From: Guillardia theta CCMP2712
Lineage: Eukaryota > Protista > Cryptophyta
Assembly: GCF_000315625.1 (NCBI RefSeq)
Contig: NW_005434662.1
Coordinates: 603,064 to 641,548, forward strand
Length of the DNA stretch: 38,485 nt
Direction: 5' to 3'
Both the position numbers and the translations under genes were made by a program. The notes beneath the pieces are model-generated. The model searched no databases and was not told the DNA's origin. It saw only the letters and a list, made by a program, of their open reading frames with translations. This document shows, in pieces, positions 27,001 through 38,485 of the stretch. Every line of letters starts with the position of its first letter. Positions within the stretch are counted from its first letter, which is position 1.

Positions 27001-29425
27001 ATGGCGGAGGAGGGGGTGGCGATGAGGAAAGCGTTTGAGGAGGAGAACATGTGAGAACATTTCTGACTTCCTGCTCACAACAAACTTCATGCTGCCTCAT
27101 GCTGACGACACTCCTCCTGCTCGCCCCGCCTGCCCCTTCCCCCACCCTCCTCCGTGTTCAACTCCTTGTCGACTCTGATTCCTCGTCCTTCCATTATCGG
27201 CCAAGTCACACGATGCTCGTACTGTCGATCCTAGCTGTGCCATGAGACTGTGCGATCAGTGTGATGACTAGGATGACAGGGGGGGAGGAAGTGTACCCCG
27301 TGCCCGTCTTTCCTCGACCTCCAATCTGCTCAATCTTTACCAGCGCAAGGAAATCCGATGGGCCGTCATGGGATTGGTGGCTGTTGTTGTCCTGGTGATC
27401 TTCTTCAGCGCCGTTGGCAAGGAGGACAAGTCGAAGATGAAGCCTGTCATGTGCGCGGGAGGGAACGGGACGCTGCGGAGGATCTCGAGGGAGGCCTACG
27501 ACTACTGGTCGAGAGGTGAGAACATTGCTATGGCAGGGGCCTGTGACGAGCACGCGCTGACGTCGGCGGGCAGTCAACCCCAAGGCTGAGAGGAGCCTTG
27601 TGATCATGCTTGGAGATGGATACGGGCCCGACGTCCACTCGATGAGCAGGTAGATCGGCAGCAGGAGCTGGGGAGGTAGAGAGAGTTATGTGGGAGGCAG
27701 GTCGGTGATGAGGAAGATGCTGGGCAACGAGAGCTACAGGCTGCCTCTTGACGACTTCCTCGTCGGCACCTCCATCACCTCCGCCCTCGGCAACGTCATC
27801 ACCGACTCGGCGGCAGGGGCGACGGCGTACGCCAACGGCGTGAAGACGGTGAACGGAGCCATCGGGGTAGAACCAGCGGTGAGGAGGAGGCGGCGGTAGT
27901 GGAGGAGCTCTGAGGATGGCGACTTGGCAGGATCTGTCTGAGCATGGCGTTCGCAAGTGCGCTGACTCTCTGGGAGGGACGAAGAAGACTCCAGACTGTC
28001 CGGTGGTGAGCCCCAGGGTTCCACAGAAGAGCGAAGGAAGGGGTAGAGAAAGAAGAGGAGGCGATGGGGAGGGGAGGAGTGCAGGATACAGGGAGGGGAG
28101 GATGAGGCTGGAGGAGGTGATGTGTGCCCCTAGGCCGATCAGACGTCATGCTGCCCACTGAAGAGGATCGCCAACGCCTTCGAGGGATGCAGGTAGATGG
28201 AGGCAAGAGGCTGCCGGCCCGTACTGATGCTACGCTACAGGGCAAAGGGCATGGCCACCGGCCTTGTTGTGACGACCCTCCTACCTCATGCTACCCCTGC
28301 TGCCTGGTTCTACCCCTGCATGCCTNNNNNNNNNNNNNNNNNNNNNNNNNNNNNNNNNNNNNNNNNNNNNNNNNNNNNNNNNNNNNNNNNNNNNNNNNNN
28401 NNNNNNNNNNNNNNNNNNNNNNNNNCGGCGTCACCCCCTCCGGGCGGCCTGTCGATTGGCTTCCAGAAGCAAGAAAAGCATGGTCTCTCTTTCACTGCGC
28501 CTTGTTTCTTTAGAAGATCCTCCTCTCCTCGCCTCGCCTCTCCTCTCCTCTCCTCGCCTCGCCTCTCCTCTCCTCTCCTCTCCTCGCCTCGCCTCGCCTC
28601 GCCTCGCCTCGCCTCGCCTCGCCTCGCCTCTCCTCGCCTCCCCTCCCCTCCCCTTCCCAGCCCTCCTCCGCTTCCTTCTGTCTTGTTCTTCCCTCACTCT
28701 GCGTCTACCAGGTGTTGTTCGCTCAGGCAGCTCGACAGAACAAGGTCGTCTTTCAGAGTTTCCTTCTCAACTCCGTCAAGGTTATCTCCTGCCTCTTCAT
28801 ACCAAATTTCATTCATCCTCTTGCTCTTGCTCCTGCTCCTTCATTCGTTCCCCCTGTTCCCCTTCCCTCTCCTCTTCCCCTCCCTTCCCTCTCTTGTCTC
28901 GCGTGTTATCGTCTCAAGGGTTTGCTGACATGAACTTGTTTTTGTCTCTTTCATTCTCTCTCCTGCCTCCCTTGCGTCTATTCTCTACCCTACCTACACC
29001 TGCCCTTCAACCCCTCCTCCTCCTCCTCCTCCTCCTACTCCTACTCCTCCTCCTACTCCTACTCCTCCTCCTCCTCCTCCTCCCCGTGCTTTCCTCCTCT
29101 TCTCTTCCAGGCATCAGAGGGCAGACTGAGATGCGTACGGGCCGGGCAGATGGCCACGAGGGTGCTAGCAGAGGAGCCGGGGGGTCGAGGGGCTCGTTTG
29201 CCAGTGGAGGAGGAGAAAGTTTTCATAACAGGGATGAAGTCAGGAGGAGAGGAGGAGGAGAAGAACCCTCTGCTGCAGCTCCATGGACGGTGAGCAGGCA
29301 GGGAGCGAGGGTGGGAGGGAGGAAGCGGGAGCAAGGTGTGATTGTGGAGCAGGAAGAGGCCAAATCACGTTCCTCCTCTGAAACTGGGGACAGTGTTGTC
29401 AAGAGGTGAGAAGAAGAGGATGAGA

Positions 29426-29496
<71 letters not shown>

Positions 29497-31741
29497 ATAG
29501 CTTAGCTTCTTATGTGTCTGTGCCACTTGCAGGTATGAAGTCGATCGGGTTCGAGTGCATGGATCAAGTCGCCAGCCATCCCTTGCGTACTCCTCCTCCT
29601 CCCTCCCTCCCTTCTCTTGACGCACGCGCGCAGGGAGATGACGGAGGCTGCGCTGACGAGACTCAAGGCAACGGGCAAGAAGTTCTGCCTCATGGTCGAT
29701 GCCCTTAGCAAACCTTTGTTTCCTCCTCCTCCTCCTTCTCGTCAAAGTTTTCCATCCTCCTGATGTACACATACGCACACACCCTCCTTCCTTCGTGAGC
29801 AGCAGCCGCGACCTGAAGTTTGAGGTTCAGGTCGAGGGATCGCGTATCGATCACGCGCTGCACGGCAACGACGCGGCTGGAGGTCTCGAGCCACGTCGGC
29901 AGACTCCAGCTGACCCTTTTTCTTCTTCCAGCTGCCTTTGACACTTTTGCCTACAACGACGCCTTCGAGGTTCGCCCGTTCCCTGGGTTATTTTCCCAGC
30001 TCATGCCGCTCAGGCTGTGAACCGTTTCATCGAGGCAGAACGCACCAGCGGGCACGAGATCGAGGTAACCCCTCCCTCCCCTTCCAGTCGCCCGCACACT
30101 CCCTCACCTCCTCCCTCCTCAACGTCTCCTCCGCTTCTTCCTCCCTCGCTCGCGCCCCCTCCCTCCTCCTTCCTTCCTTTCCCCTCCTCCTGTCTCCTGC
30201 CTCCTTTCCCTCCTTCCTCCCTTTTCTCTCCTCTTCCTCTTCGCATGTTCATGTCTCTGCAGGTCATTTCTGTCGCCGATCACAGCTGCGGCGGCATCAC
30301 CACGGGCATGCAGACGAACTGGCAGCCGAAGTTTTCGCAGGTAGGGAGGGGCGGGAAAGAGGAAGGAAAGGGAATGAAGGAGAAAAGGAGGAGGAGGAGG
30401 AAGAGGAGGAGGAGCTGATTGGTTCAGCCCATCTGCCTGCCAGGAGGCTCCTGCCAAGTTCAGATCGGGACGTCAGCATATGGCACCACCGATGGATGGA
30501 CGCCGGAGGTGACAATCAGCATCTCCTTTCCCCCCACTCCCTCCCCCCTCCCCTCCCCGTCTCCTCCTCTTACCCCTCCGCATGCCGCTGTCTCCATGTA
30601 CGACGCCCCACCGTTCTCATCCTCCTACTACTGCCACTTCTCATGCCGCCAGCACTACCATCATCGTTGTCTCTCCTCCTCCTCCTTCTACGTTGATACC
30701 TGTTCATCACCAAGCACCTGCTTCCCTCCCACTCCCCTCTCCTCATCGCCTCCTCGCAGGTCCTTGCTCGTGCTCGCATCTCCCTCCCGCAGCTCTCGGC
30801 GCAGGTGTGCAGGAGGCTGCAGCGAGTTTGAGGGTGCCATGACGGGAGAGGCGGCAGGTCTGCTGCAACCAAACCCTCAGGAAGTCTTTCCCCTCCGTCC
30901 TAGCAAGAATCCAGGACGGTGAGTCGCTTCTGCCCTACACGCCTCCTGCTCATCTTCATCCTCCTCCAGAGCTGGGCATCTCCCCCAGCTCAGAGGACCA
31001 GGCGAACTTCCAGCAAGCGGTGAGCACACCCCCAGCTGCAGCCCCTCCTCCTCAACTTCCCCTGCTGCAGATTTCCCAGCTCGCCCACAACTACACGTGC
31101 ATGGATGACGTGTACACTGTCGTGCCAGGCGAGTTGACCCTTCCCCTTTCCCCGCAATACCCCCTCTCTCAACCCTCCTTTTCTAGCTGGACGCGAGCTG
31201 AAGTAGAGCAGGAATGCAACTAGGATCGGCCTGTACGTCGCTCATGCAGCGATACTTGTCGCTGATGGTGCAGAAGGTGCGGCAGCAACTTCTCCCTCCG
31301 AATCTTCTCGCCTTCTCACCCTTCTCACCCTCCTCTTTCTCCTCATCCTCCTCCGCAGGCATCCCGAGTTGCCTTCACAACAGCGTCGCACACCTCGGTG
31401 GACATCAACGTCTACGCGTCTTGGGACATCCAAGATCGCTTCCGAGGGTCCAACGAGAACGACGAAATAGGAAGGAGGATAATCCGGGAGGTCCGTCGAT
31501 GTGCTCCTCCCCCCCCCTTTCCTCCTCCTCCTCCTCCTCCTCCTCCTCCTCCTCCTCCTCCTCCTCCTCCTCCTCCTCCTCCTCCTCCTCCTCCTCTCCT
31601 TTCTCCCCTCTCCCCGCCCCCTCCTCCCCTTCCCCCTCCTCCTCATCTCTGACTATCCTGCAGGTGCTGGAGCTGGACTCTAGTGTGATGGATCCCATCT
31701 CACAGGCACTCGAGGAGTGTCAAGTCCCCGTCGTGCCCTAG
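27001..31741 (+). CDS. Alkaline phosphatase (PhoA/Pho8 family), probable type II membrane anchor, multi-exon, interrupted by an assembly gap
   Basis: LVIMLGDGYGP, VITDSAAGATAYANGVKT (catalytic Ser), GLVVTTLLPHATPAA, QPSLREMTEAAL, FCLM|VEGSRIDHALHGND, VISVADHSCGG and FTTASHTSVDINVYA. The TM segment is RKEIRWAVMGLVAVVVLVIFFSAVG. The start codon is tentative. Confidence 0.9.
28326..28425. other. Assembly gap (100 N)
   Basis: Run of N. Confidence 1.
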
Positions 31742-31827
31742 GCGGGTTGCGTGCAGTCTTCATCTTCACTTGAGTGTTCATTTCATTCAAGATGACGTGT
31801 GCATGGTGTGCTATAGAACATGGCGGC

Positions 31828-33897
31828 CTAAAACGGCCTCAGCTTCGTTGCCTTCGGTTTGAATGTAAACTTGGAGATCGGGGGGACTGTCTCCTGCTTC
31901 ACCTCCTCCTCCCCGCCTGTGCCAATGACACTGAGAGGTTCCTTAGAAGGGAGGACGGGAGCTTGCCGCACTGGGGGCAGGGACAACGGAGGGGCATCTG
32001 TGCTCCTCGACTCCTCAGCCTCCTCCCGTGTGGCTGCCTCGCTGGCTGCCGCCTCCTCCTGAACCTGAGAGACTGTTGAATGCGATCCCACCGCTCCGAA
32101 CCCCATCTCAGAGACAGGTTGCGGCTCCACTGCCTGTCTCACGTTGCTCCTCTCGGAGACAGACACGTTGACCTCAGCTTTCTTCCTGCTCCTCCTCTTC
32201 TTGATCTCCGACGCCTCCTGCGCCAGCTGCTCCAGCTCGATCGCCTCTCCTTCCTGCGTCTTGCACGTCTCCTGCAGGTGGGCCTCGAGCTCGGGCTTGG
32301 GGAATTTGAAGTCTCCCTCCGATCTCTGCGTGCAGCTCTGCTCCTGCTCCTCCCTTGCCCCTCCCTTGCTTCCTTTCCTCAGAATTCTCATCACCCGAAC
32401 CCCCACAGAAACGAAACTTTCGTCATCCAGGACGCGCCAGAGACCGTTGCTGAGGTCGATCACCAGGGACTTCAAGTTCTCCTTCGACACAGCCTTGTCG
32501 AAGCTCAAGAGCGTCTCGAACAGATCACGAGCCTTCACGCCCTTGCTCCCCCCGTTCACCAGCTTTGTGTAGCTCCTCTCAAGGTATTCAGCGAGGCTCT
32601 GGTTCCCCTCCTCGGAGGAGGAGGTGCTGTTGATCTCGGGGAAATGCACCTCCTTCACAGATGAGTTGAAGTAGGAGTTCAGAGACATCTGCAGATGTTT
32701 GCTCGTCTGACTTGAGTCGGAACTTCCCATCCGCCTTTTGATCTTCTTCAGCTTCTGACTCTGATCCCTTCTGTGCTTCAACTGAACATCGCTGTTTGCA
32801 TGCTTGTTCCGTCGCACAGCCTTTTCAATCTCCTTATCAACCAGTTGGATTGTTTGCAAGGCTTTGCGGAATTGTTGCTTTTGCTGCTTCTTCCCCTCCT
32901 CTCGTTGCCTCAGAAATTTCTCCATGTGCTTCACCGCAACGTCCTGCTGAAAGGTGCGGTATGCTTCTCTGCTCTGAACTTCTTCCTGCATCAAGACCGA
33001 TGCAGACTCGGCCTCTTCTTTCTTGGTGGTGATGAGCTCGAGAAGCTCGCTCCTCTTCTTCACAGTCTTTTCTTTGATTTCCTGTACGTTCTTGCGGACC
33101 TTGACCACCTCAGCTTCCTTCTCCTGCACGTTCGTCACTATGATCAGACTGCAACGACACTTGCAGGGAAACTGAACTTTCTTCGCCTTGACCACCTTTA
33201 CTCTTCTCGATGTAACTTGCTATGTCCTCCTCCCTGGCCTTGATCGCTTGTTTGTGCAGCCTCGCCATCTCTCTGGCTCGCTCTCGATACTTCTCATTGA
33301 CCCTCCTCCAATCCTCCTCCTTCTTCTTCTCAACTTCCAGGGCTTGCTTTCTGGTCTCCAAGACTCGTATCTCAGCATCTCTCAACTGCAACTGAGTCAG
33401 CACAGTGCCATCATCAAGTGATCATAAGAACGGAACCTGTTGAAACCTTGCGTTCTGCCCAGCTCTGGTTGACTCCATAGTTTCATTCTCGATTGATGCT
33501 CTTTCAAAGATATCGAAGACCCCCTGCAGCACATCCTCCACCAATGATAGTGCCATCTGGTGGACTGCAACCTTGTAGATCTTCTTCTGCATGGATCCCT
33601 CCACCATCCATGTTGACTGAATCATCCGCAATTGCTCCATGACCACATGCCGTTTCTCTGTATCGTCCAACTTATGAAACTTCTCATCAACGACCAAGGG
33701 CTGATATGCTTTCTCTTGTTGCTTCTCCTCTGTGTCTGATTCAAACTCCTCATCATAGTCATATTGGTCTCGGTTCGACGATATTTGATGGAACGCAAGA
33801 CCCTCATGCATGTCATGCTGCGATCCTCTGTCGCTGTCCGACACGCTCTCAAAGTCGTCTTCGAATTCTTCCTCTTCTTCTTCCGCTTCCTCTTCAG

Positions 33898-33928
<31 letters not shown>

Positions 33929-34036
33929 CTCCTCTTCCTCCTCCTCTTCCTCTCCTCCCATCTTTCCCTCGTGCTCCATGCGCTCAGCCTCTGCCAGCAG
34001 CTGCTCCACCTCCTCCATCGTCCCCCCGGCTGCCAT
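31828..34036 (-). CDS. Hypothetical acidic/coiled-coil protein (about 3-4 exons)
   Basis: Long consecutive E/K/Q-rich ORFs (33422-34123, 33110-33403, 31828-33195) separated by short intron-sized breaks. No domain was recognised. Confidence 0.7.
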
Positions 34037-34715
34037 ACCGGCAGCACCCACAATCCCCCACCCCACCTCCTTCTCCTGTGTGACTCGGAAATATGACCCT
34101 ACTTTGTAAATTGGAACCCCCATATTCCCTGTGACTATACCCCTATTTTACCTTCGAAATGTAACCCCCGACTACAGACTACCCCTCACGTATTTATGAA
34201 CCCCCCGGCATTACAGTCCCAGAAGGTTCCCTTGGCAGTTGGAACCTGTGTGGCCCTCATCCCTCCCATGACCTCCAATACTGACTTCCGAATCTGACTC
34301 CAATGAAATCCGAGTCGGCCAGTGACTTCAATAAAGTCCTGCGGCAGGTCCGAGGCCGCTTCAGTCACTGAGTACTACCGTACGGAAGTGCCAGGACTTG
34401 AAGCGCGGCAGCACCGTGAGTGGGCCGGGGGGGTGCAGCCGGGGGGCACTGGCCTGACCAGTGACGCACTGCCGCCGCGCAACTTGAGGCGAACTTGTTA
34501 GGCGCCCGCAGCCTGTTTGAGGCCGCTTAGCCCGGCGGTAGCCTCCGGCCGCTCAGCTAGCCCCCCGGCCCGGCCCAGGCCCCCGGTACTACGGAGTACC
34601 GTGTGCTAGGCGACGCGGCGCCCCCCCCGCCGCCCCCCCCGGCGCCCCCCCGCCCGGTCTGAGTCACGGAGTCCCGGCCGGGCCCCGGAGGGTGCGGCGG
34701 CACGGTGGCTGCTTC

Positions 34716-34758
34716 TTTACTCAAAGTTAAGTTAAAAATCAGTACGAGGACAATCAGG
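34716..34758. repeat. Dispersed repeat motif, copy 2
   Basis: tttactcaaagttaagttaaaaatcagtacgaggacaatcagg matches 10581-10629. Confidence 0.85.
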
Positions 34759-35559
34759 AGAGTCGAGGACCTTCAAGCGGCAGCGGCTTCCGAAGACCGG
34801 TCGGACCGGATCATCGGATGTAGTTCCCGGAGTTGGCCGGTCACTGAGAGTTTTTACTTTTGCGACTCTTGTCGATACCTAAGGGCTTCCGAATCCCGCC
34901 ATTCTGCCCCTCGTCACCCTACCCCCTAAGAGATCTTTTATAAACCCCCTACCCCTTACAGAACATGTAAGGGGTAGCCCTTTTCCCACCTCCTTTACCC
35001 CCTTGAATGTCCGTACCCCCTTTCACGGAAGCTATGGAAGTCTCGTTTAACATGGTACAGAATCCCTGTGAAAACGTCAGTGGTACTTTAAGCTGAGAGT
35101 TTTGCATACTAAAGAATATTTAGTAATTTATTTGGTACAGATAAAACGTTTTATTCATAAATATACTATATTTTTAAGGATTATTAAAAATCTTTTAAAT
35201 TTCCCGCCCAGCCACTCCACTCCCAAGGACCCCATTCTTTCCCATTCAAAACTACCCCACCCATCAACCTGAACGCCACCCCCTTTTGTAAGCACCTACC
35301 ATCCAATTACGTTACACCCACCCTCTTTTAGGTGGCATGAGCAGGTGTAATACAATTACCCCCACCCACTATTTTTACTGAAATTACCCCACCCCTTTTC
35401 GCTCTCAGCAGTGACATCTTGCCGTCAGAGTCCCAAGCTCCTCATCCACTACCTCACCCAGGAAATTGTGCCATGACCCCTACCCTGGTTTTATGTACCC
35501 CACCCCCGTGTGGATGCCCTTCTTTAAGGCCCTCCAGCCCTCTCCATTCTACAGTCGCC

Positions 35560-36991
35560 ATGGCAGAGCCGCTCTTGACCCCGAATCCCAACCGTTTCGT
35601 CCTCTTTCCCATCAAGTACCATGCTGTCTGGGAGATGTACAAGAAACACGAGGTGATCTCTACCTCCTTCTCTTTTCTGTACCATGTTGTTGCTGTCCCC
35701 CAAATGCCATGCACGAATGGGCTGCAGGGCCCATGCACGAGTCGGAGCGAATGTTGCTGCTGTGTTAGCATTTGGATGGCCCTGAAGTGTTCAAAGACAT
35801 GTTCTTTATATCGTCATGATAAAAAATGTGACAATGGTGTGTGTTGGAGTGTGCGATAAAGATAGTCTGATGCGCGATCCTTACTGGCTCTTGGGGTTTG
35901 CAGGCAAGCTTCTGGACTGTGGAGGAGGTCGATCTTTCCCAGGACATGATCCACTGGGAGAAGCTGAATGACAACGAGAAGCACTTCATCAAGCACGTCC
36001 TCGCGTTCTTTGCTGCCAGCGACGGCATCGTGCTCGAGAACCTTGCTGGCAACTTCTCCACGGAGATTCAGATCCCTGAGGCTCGCTGCTTCTATGGGTT
36101 CCAAAGTGATATGCTGTTGATCCACTCCTGTGCATCTGACTTTGTTGTTCCAGTTGCGATGGAGAACATCCACTCGGAGATGTACAGCCTCTTGATCGAC
36201 ACCTACGTCAGAGACCCAGTTGAGAAGGACAAGCTCTTCAGGGCCATCGAGACCGTGCCAGCTGTGATGAAGAAGGCGGACTGGGCAATCCGGTGGATGG
36301 GAGAGAAGTGCTCCTTCGCGAAGCGCCTTGTCGCGTTTGCCGCCGTTGAGGGAATCTTCTTCTCTGGCAGCTTCTGCGCCATCTTCTGGTTGAAGAAGCG
36401 AGGTAACGCTCTCAGTGCTTAGCAAGACTTTGTTGACCTTGACCTCAGGTCTGATGCCCGGACTTTGCTTCTCCAACGAGCTCATCAGCCGTGACGAGGG
36501 ACTGCACACCGACTTTGCTTGCCTCATCTACTCCATGCTGGAGAACAAGCTCTCCACCGAGGAGGTGCGAAGAGTCAAAATCTCGTACCCTCAGTGCTGA
36601 CCTCGTCGCAGGTTACCCAGATCATCACGGAGGCCGTTGACTGCGAGACTCAGTTCGTTACCGAGGCCTTGCCAGTGGATCTCATCGGAATGAACGCCCA
36701 GCTGATGAGCCAGTATATCGAGTTCGTCGCGGACAGGCTGCTCGTCGCTCTTGGACAGCCCAAAGTGGTGAGAAGAGCGTTGCTGATGACAACTGTGCTT
36801 GTCATGCTGACTGTTGGTGACAGTACAAAGTTTCCAATCCGTTCGAGTGGATGGACATGATCTCGCTGCAAGGCAAGACCAACTTCTTCGAGAAGAGGGT
36901 TGGAGACTACCAGAAGGCAGGAGTGATGTCATCAATCAACAAGGAGACAGGGCAGGGCAACCATTGCTTCAGCCTGGAGCATGACTTCTAA
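35560..36991 (+). CDS. RNR2: Ribonucleotide reductase class Ia small subunit
   Basis: [92 protein letters not shown] and the C-terminus FSLEHDF*. Confidence 0.98.
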
Positions 36992-37065
36992 GTACCTGTG
37001 CGGCAAGTCCTTTCATTCCTTCTTGATGTATCTTTCTTGTAAATGATTTATGAACTTCGTTGTGA

Positions 37066-38485
37066 TTAAAATACACAAAACGAGACGACAACTCCCTCTT
37101 GCCCCCTTGTTGTTATTCTGTTCCATCCTCCCCCCGAGCGCTGACGCATGTGCAATGTCAAGTTCTCAACGACCTTCCGACCTGACATCTCGCCGTTCCT
37201 CATGCTCGTGATCGCTATCTCACATGTCGGGTGCAACCGTCCTCTCCACACCTGTCACAGGCTCAACAACCGCACCTGGAGGTCTAGCATGCAGCCGCCC
37301 TCATGCCTCCAACTTCTCTCCCTCACATTCAAAGATTTCGTTGCCTGCACGACAGGTTACTAGAGCTCGGCCACACGGCGGCAGACGCACAGTCCCACTT
37401 GCTTGCTTCAGGGCAGAACACGTCGTCCCTGACCAGCGTCGTCAAGTCAGTCCGGAGATCGAGGGAGTTGACAAGGAATCTTGACTGCTCCCCTCCTACC
37501 TTATCAAGTTAAATCCGTTCACTTCCCTCCTTCCCATGATGATCTCGTTGCCTCTGTGCATGAAGGGCCTGCGGTCTCGGTCATCCAACAAGCTCCTCCT
37601 CACTCCCGGCAGCACCCGAGCCCGGCGTACTGGTGCAGAGCAGCTGGAGACACCAGCAGCCCTGTTGCTAGGACGTAGTATGCCTGGCATGCCCCTCATC
37701 CCGGCAACAGGGGAGGAGCCAGAGGTACCTGCTCCCCGAGCCTGTTGGTGTAGGCGAGGGCCGTGCTGTCCATGTAGTCGCTGAAGGCCATGACCTGATC
37801 ATCAGACCTCAGAAGCTGATGCGGGCAGGAGCGCGAGGGCAAGTGCCTTGTCTGACTTCCAGAAGCTCATCTGCGCAAGGAGCAGTCGAGTCACTCCCTC
37901 GTGGGCTGGCAGTCAACACAAGAGCCCAACCTGGAAGACTCCCCAGATCCCGATGTACGCGCTTTGCGGGGGCATGACCTCCAGATGCTTCGGAGTGAAA
38001 CTGCACTGATTCAGCATCTACCGTATTCATCTCTCTCCCTCCTCCCTCCCTCGCACCTACATCCTCCCTCCTCCCTCCTCCCTCCTCCCTCCTCCCTCCT
38101 CCCTCCTCCCTCCTCCCTCCTCCCTCCTCCCCTCCTCTCCTCCCTCCTCCCTCCTCCCTCCCCCTCCATCCTCTCCTCACATCCCTCGCAGGTCCATGGG
38201 GGAAGCCATCATCATCTTCGAGCGCTGGGCTGCGCTGGTCCAGCAGCTCCTGAACGCGAACAGGGAGGGGACGATGGATTGGACCAGCGTCGCTGCAGAG
38301 CTGACGAGCACAGGGAGCGTGCGGCACGGGAGCATGTTCAAGGTAACGGAGTGGACGAAGAAGGGGAGGCAGTAGACTGCAAGCTCATGTTCGAGGAGGA
38401 GCTGGGAGGGGAGCTGGTGGGGGAAGGGAGGGCGGTGAGGGTGAGGTGCCTGTCGGCAATCGGGCAGATGCTCTGGAGCGAAGAG
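37066..38485 (-). CDS. Hypothetical multi-exon gene, 5' part outside window
   Basis: Several short exons with GT-AG boundaries and GGA-rich introns on the minus strand. The probable last exon is 37066-37251. No domain was recognised. Confidence 0.45.

Noticed and set aside
4413-36991. Functional gene cluster (metal/nutrient or RNA-processing)
   Set aside because: The genes are functionally unrelated housekeeping loci, with no sequence evidence of co-regulation.

Overview
This is eukaryotic nuclear DNA that is gene-dense and intron-rich. Introns are mostly GT-AG with a CTRAC-like branch site near the acceptor, and many are inflated by microsatellites. A bipartite plastid-targeting presequence and the overall style suggest an alga with a red secondary plastid, most likely a cryptophyte (inference). 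Most of the six-frame ORFs are microsatellite artefacts, so gene models were spliced by eye and their boundaries are approximate. Genes in order: 5'-truncated NOP4/RBM28 (+); a PAO/TIC55/PTC52-family Rieske oxygenase (-); a secreted Cys/Met-rich protein resembling the algal CTR copper-transporter ectodomain but lacking the Ctr channel domain (-); two intronless SHAQKYF-class MYB paralogues (+) flanking a small multi-exon MPP6 gene (-); a SPRY-domain protein (+); tRNA-Leu(AAG) (-); ATP phosphoribosyltransferase HIS1 (+); an AGFG-type ArfGAP (-); a Pho8/PhoA-type alkaline phosphatase (+, spanning a 100-N gap); a coiled-coil hypothetical (-); the RNR small subunit (+); and a truncated hypothetical (-). 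Non-coding structure includes a ~135-bp MITE-like element with perfect 26-bp TIRs, a dispersed motif shared by two GC-rich islands in divergent intergenic regions, TACCC/GGGTA clusters upstream of genes, and 29- and 19-bp minisatellites. No CRISPR array, rRNA or transposase was recognised, and no single multi-gene novel system is evident.
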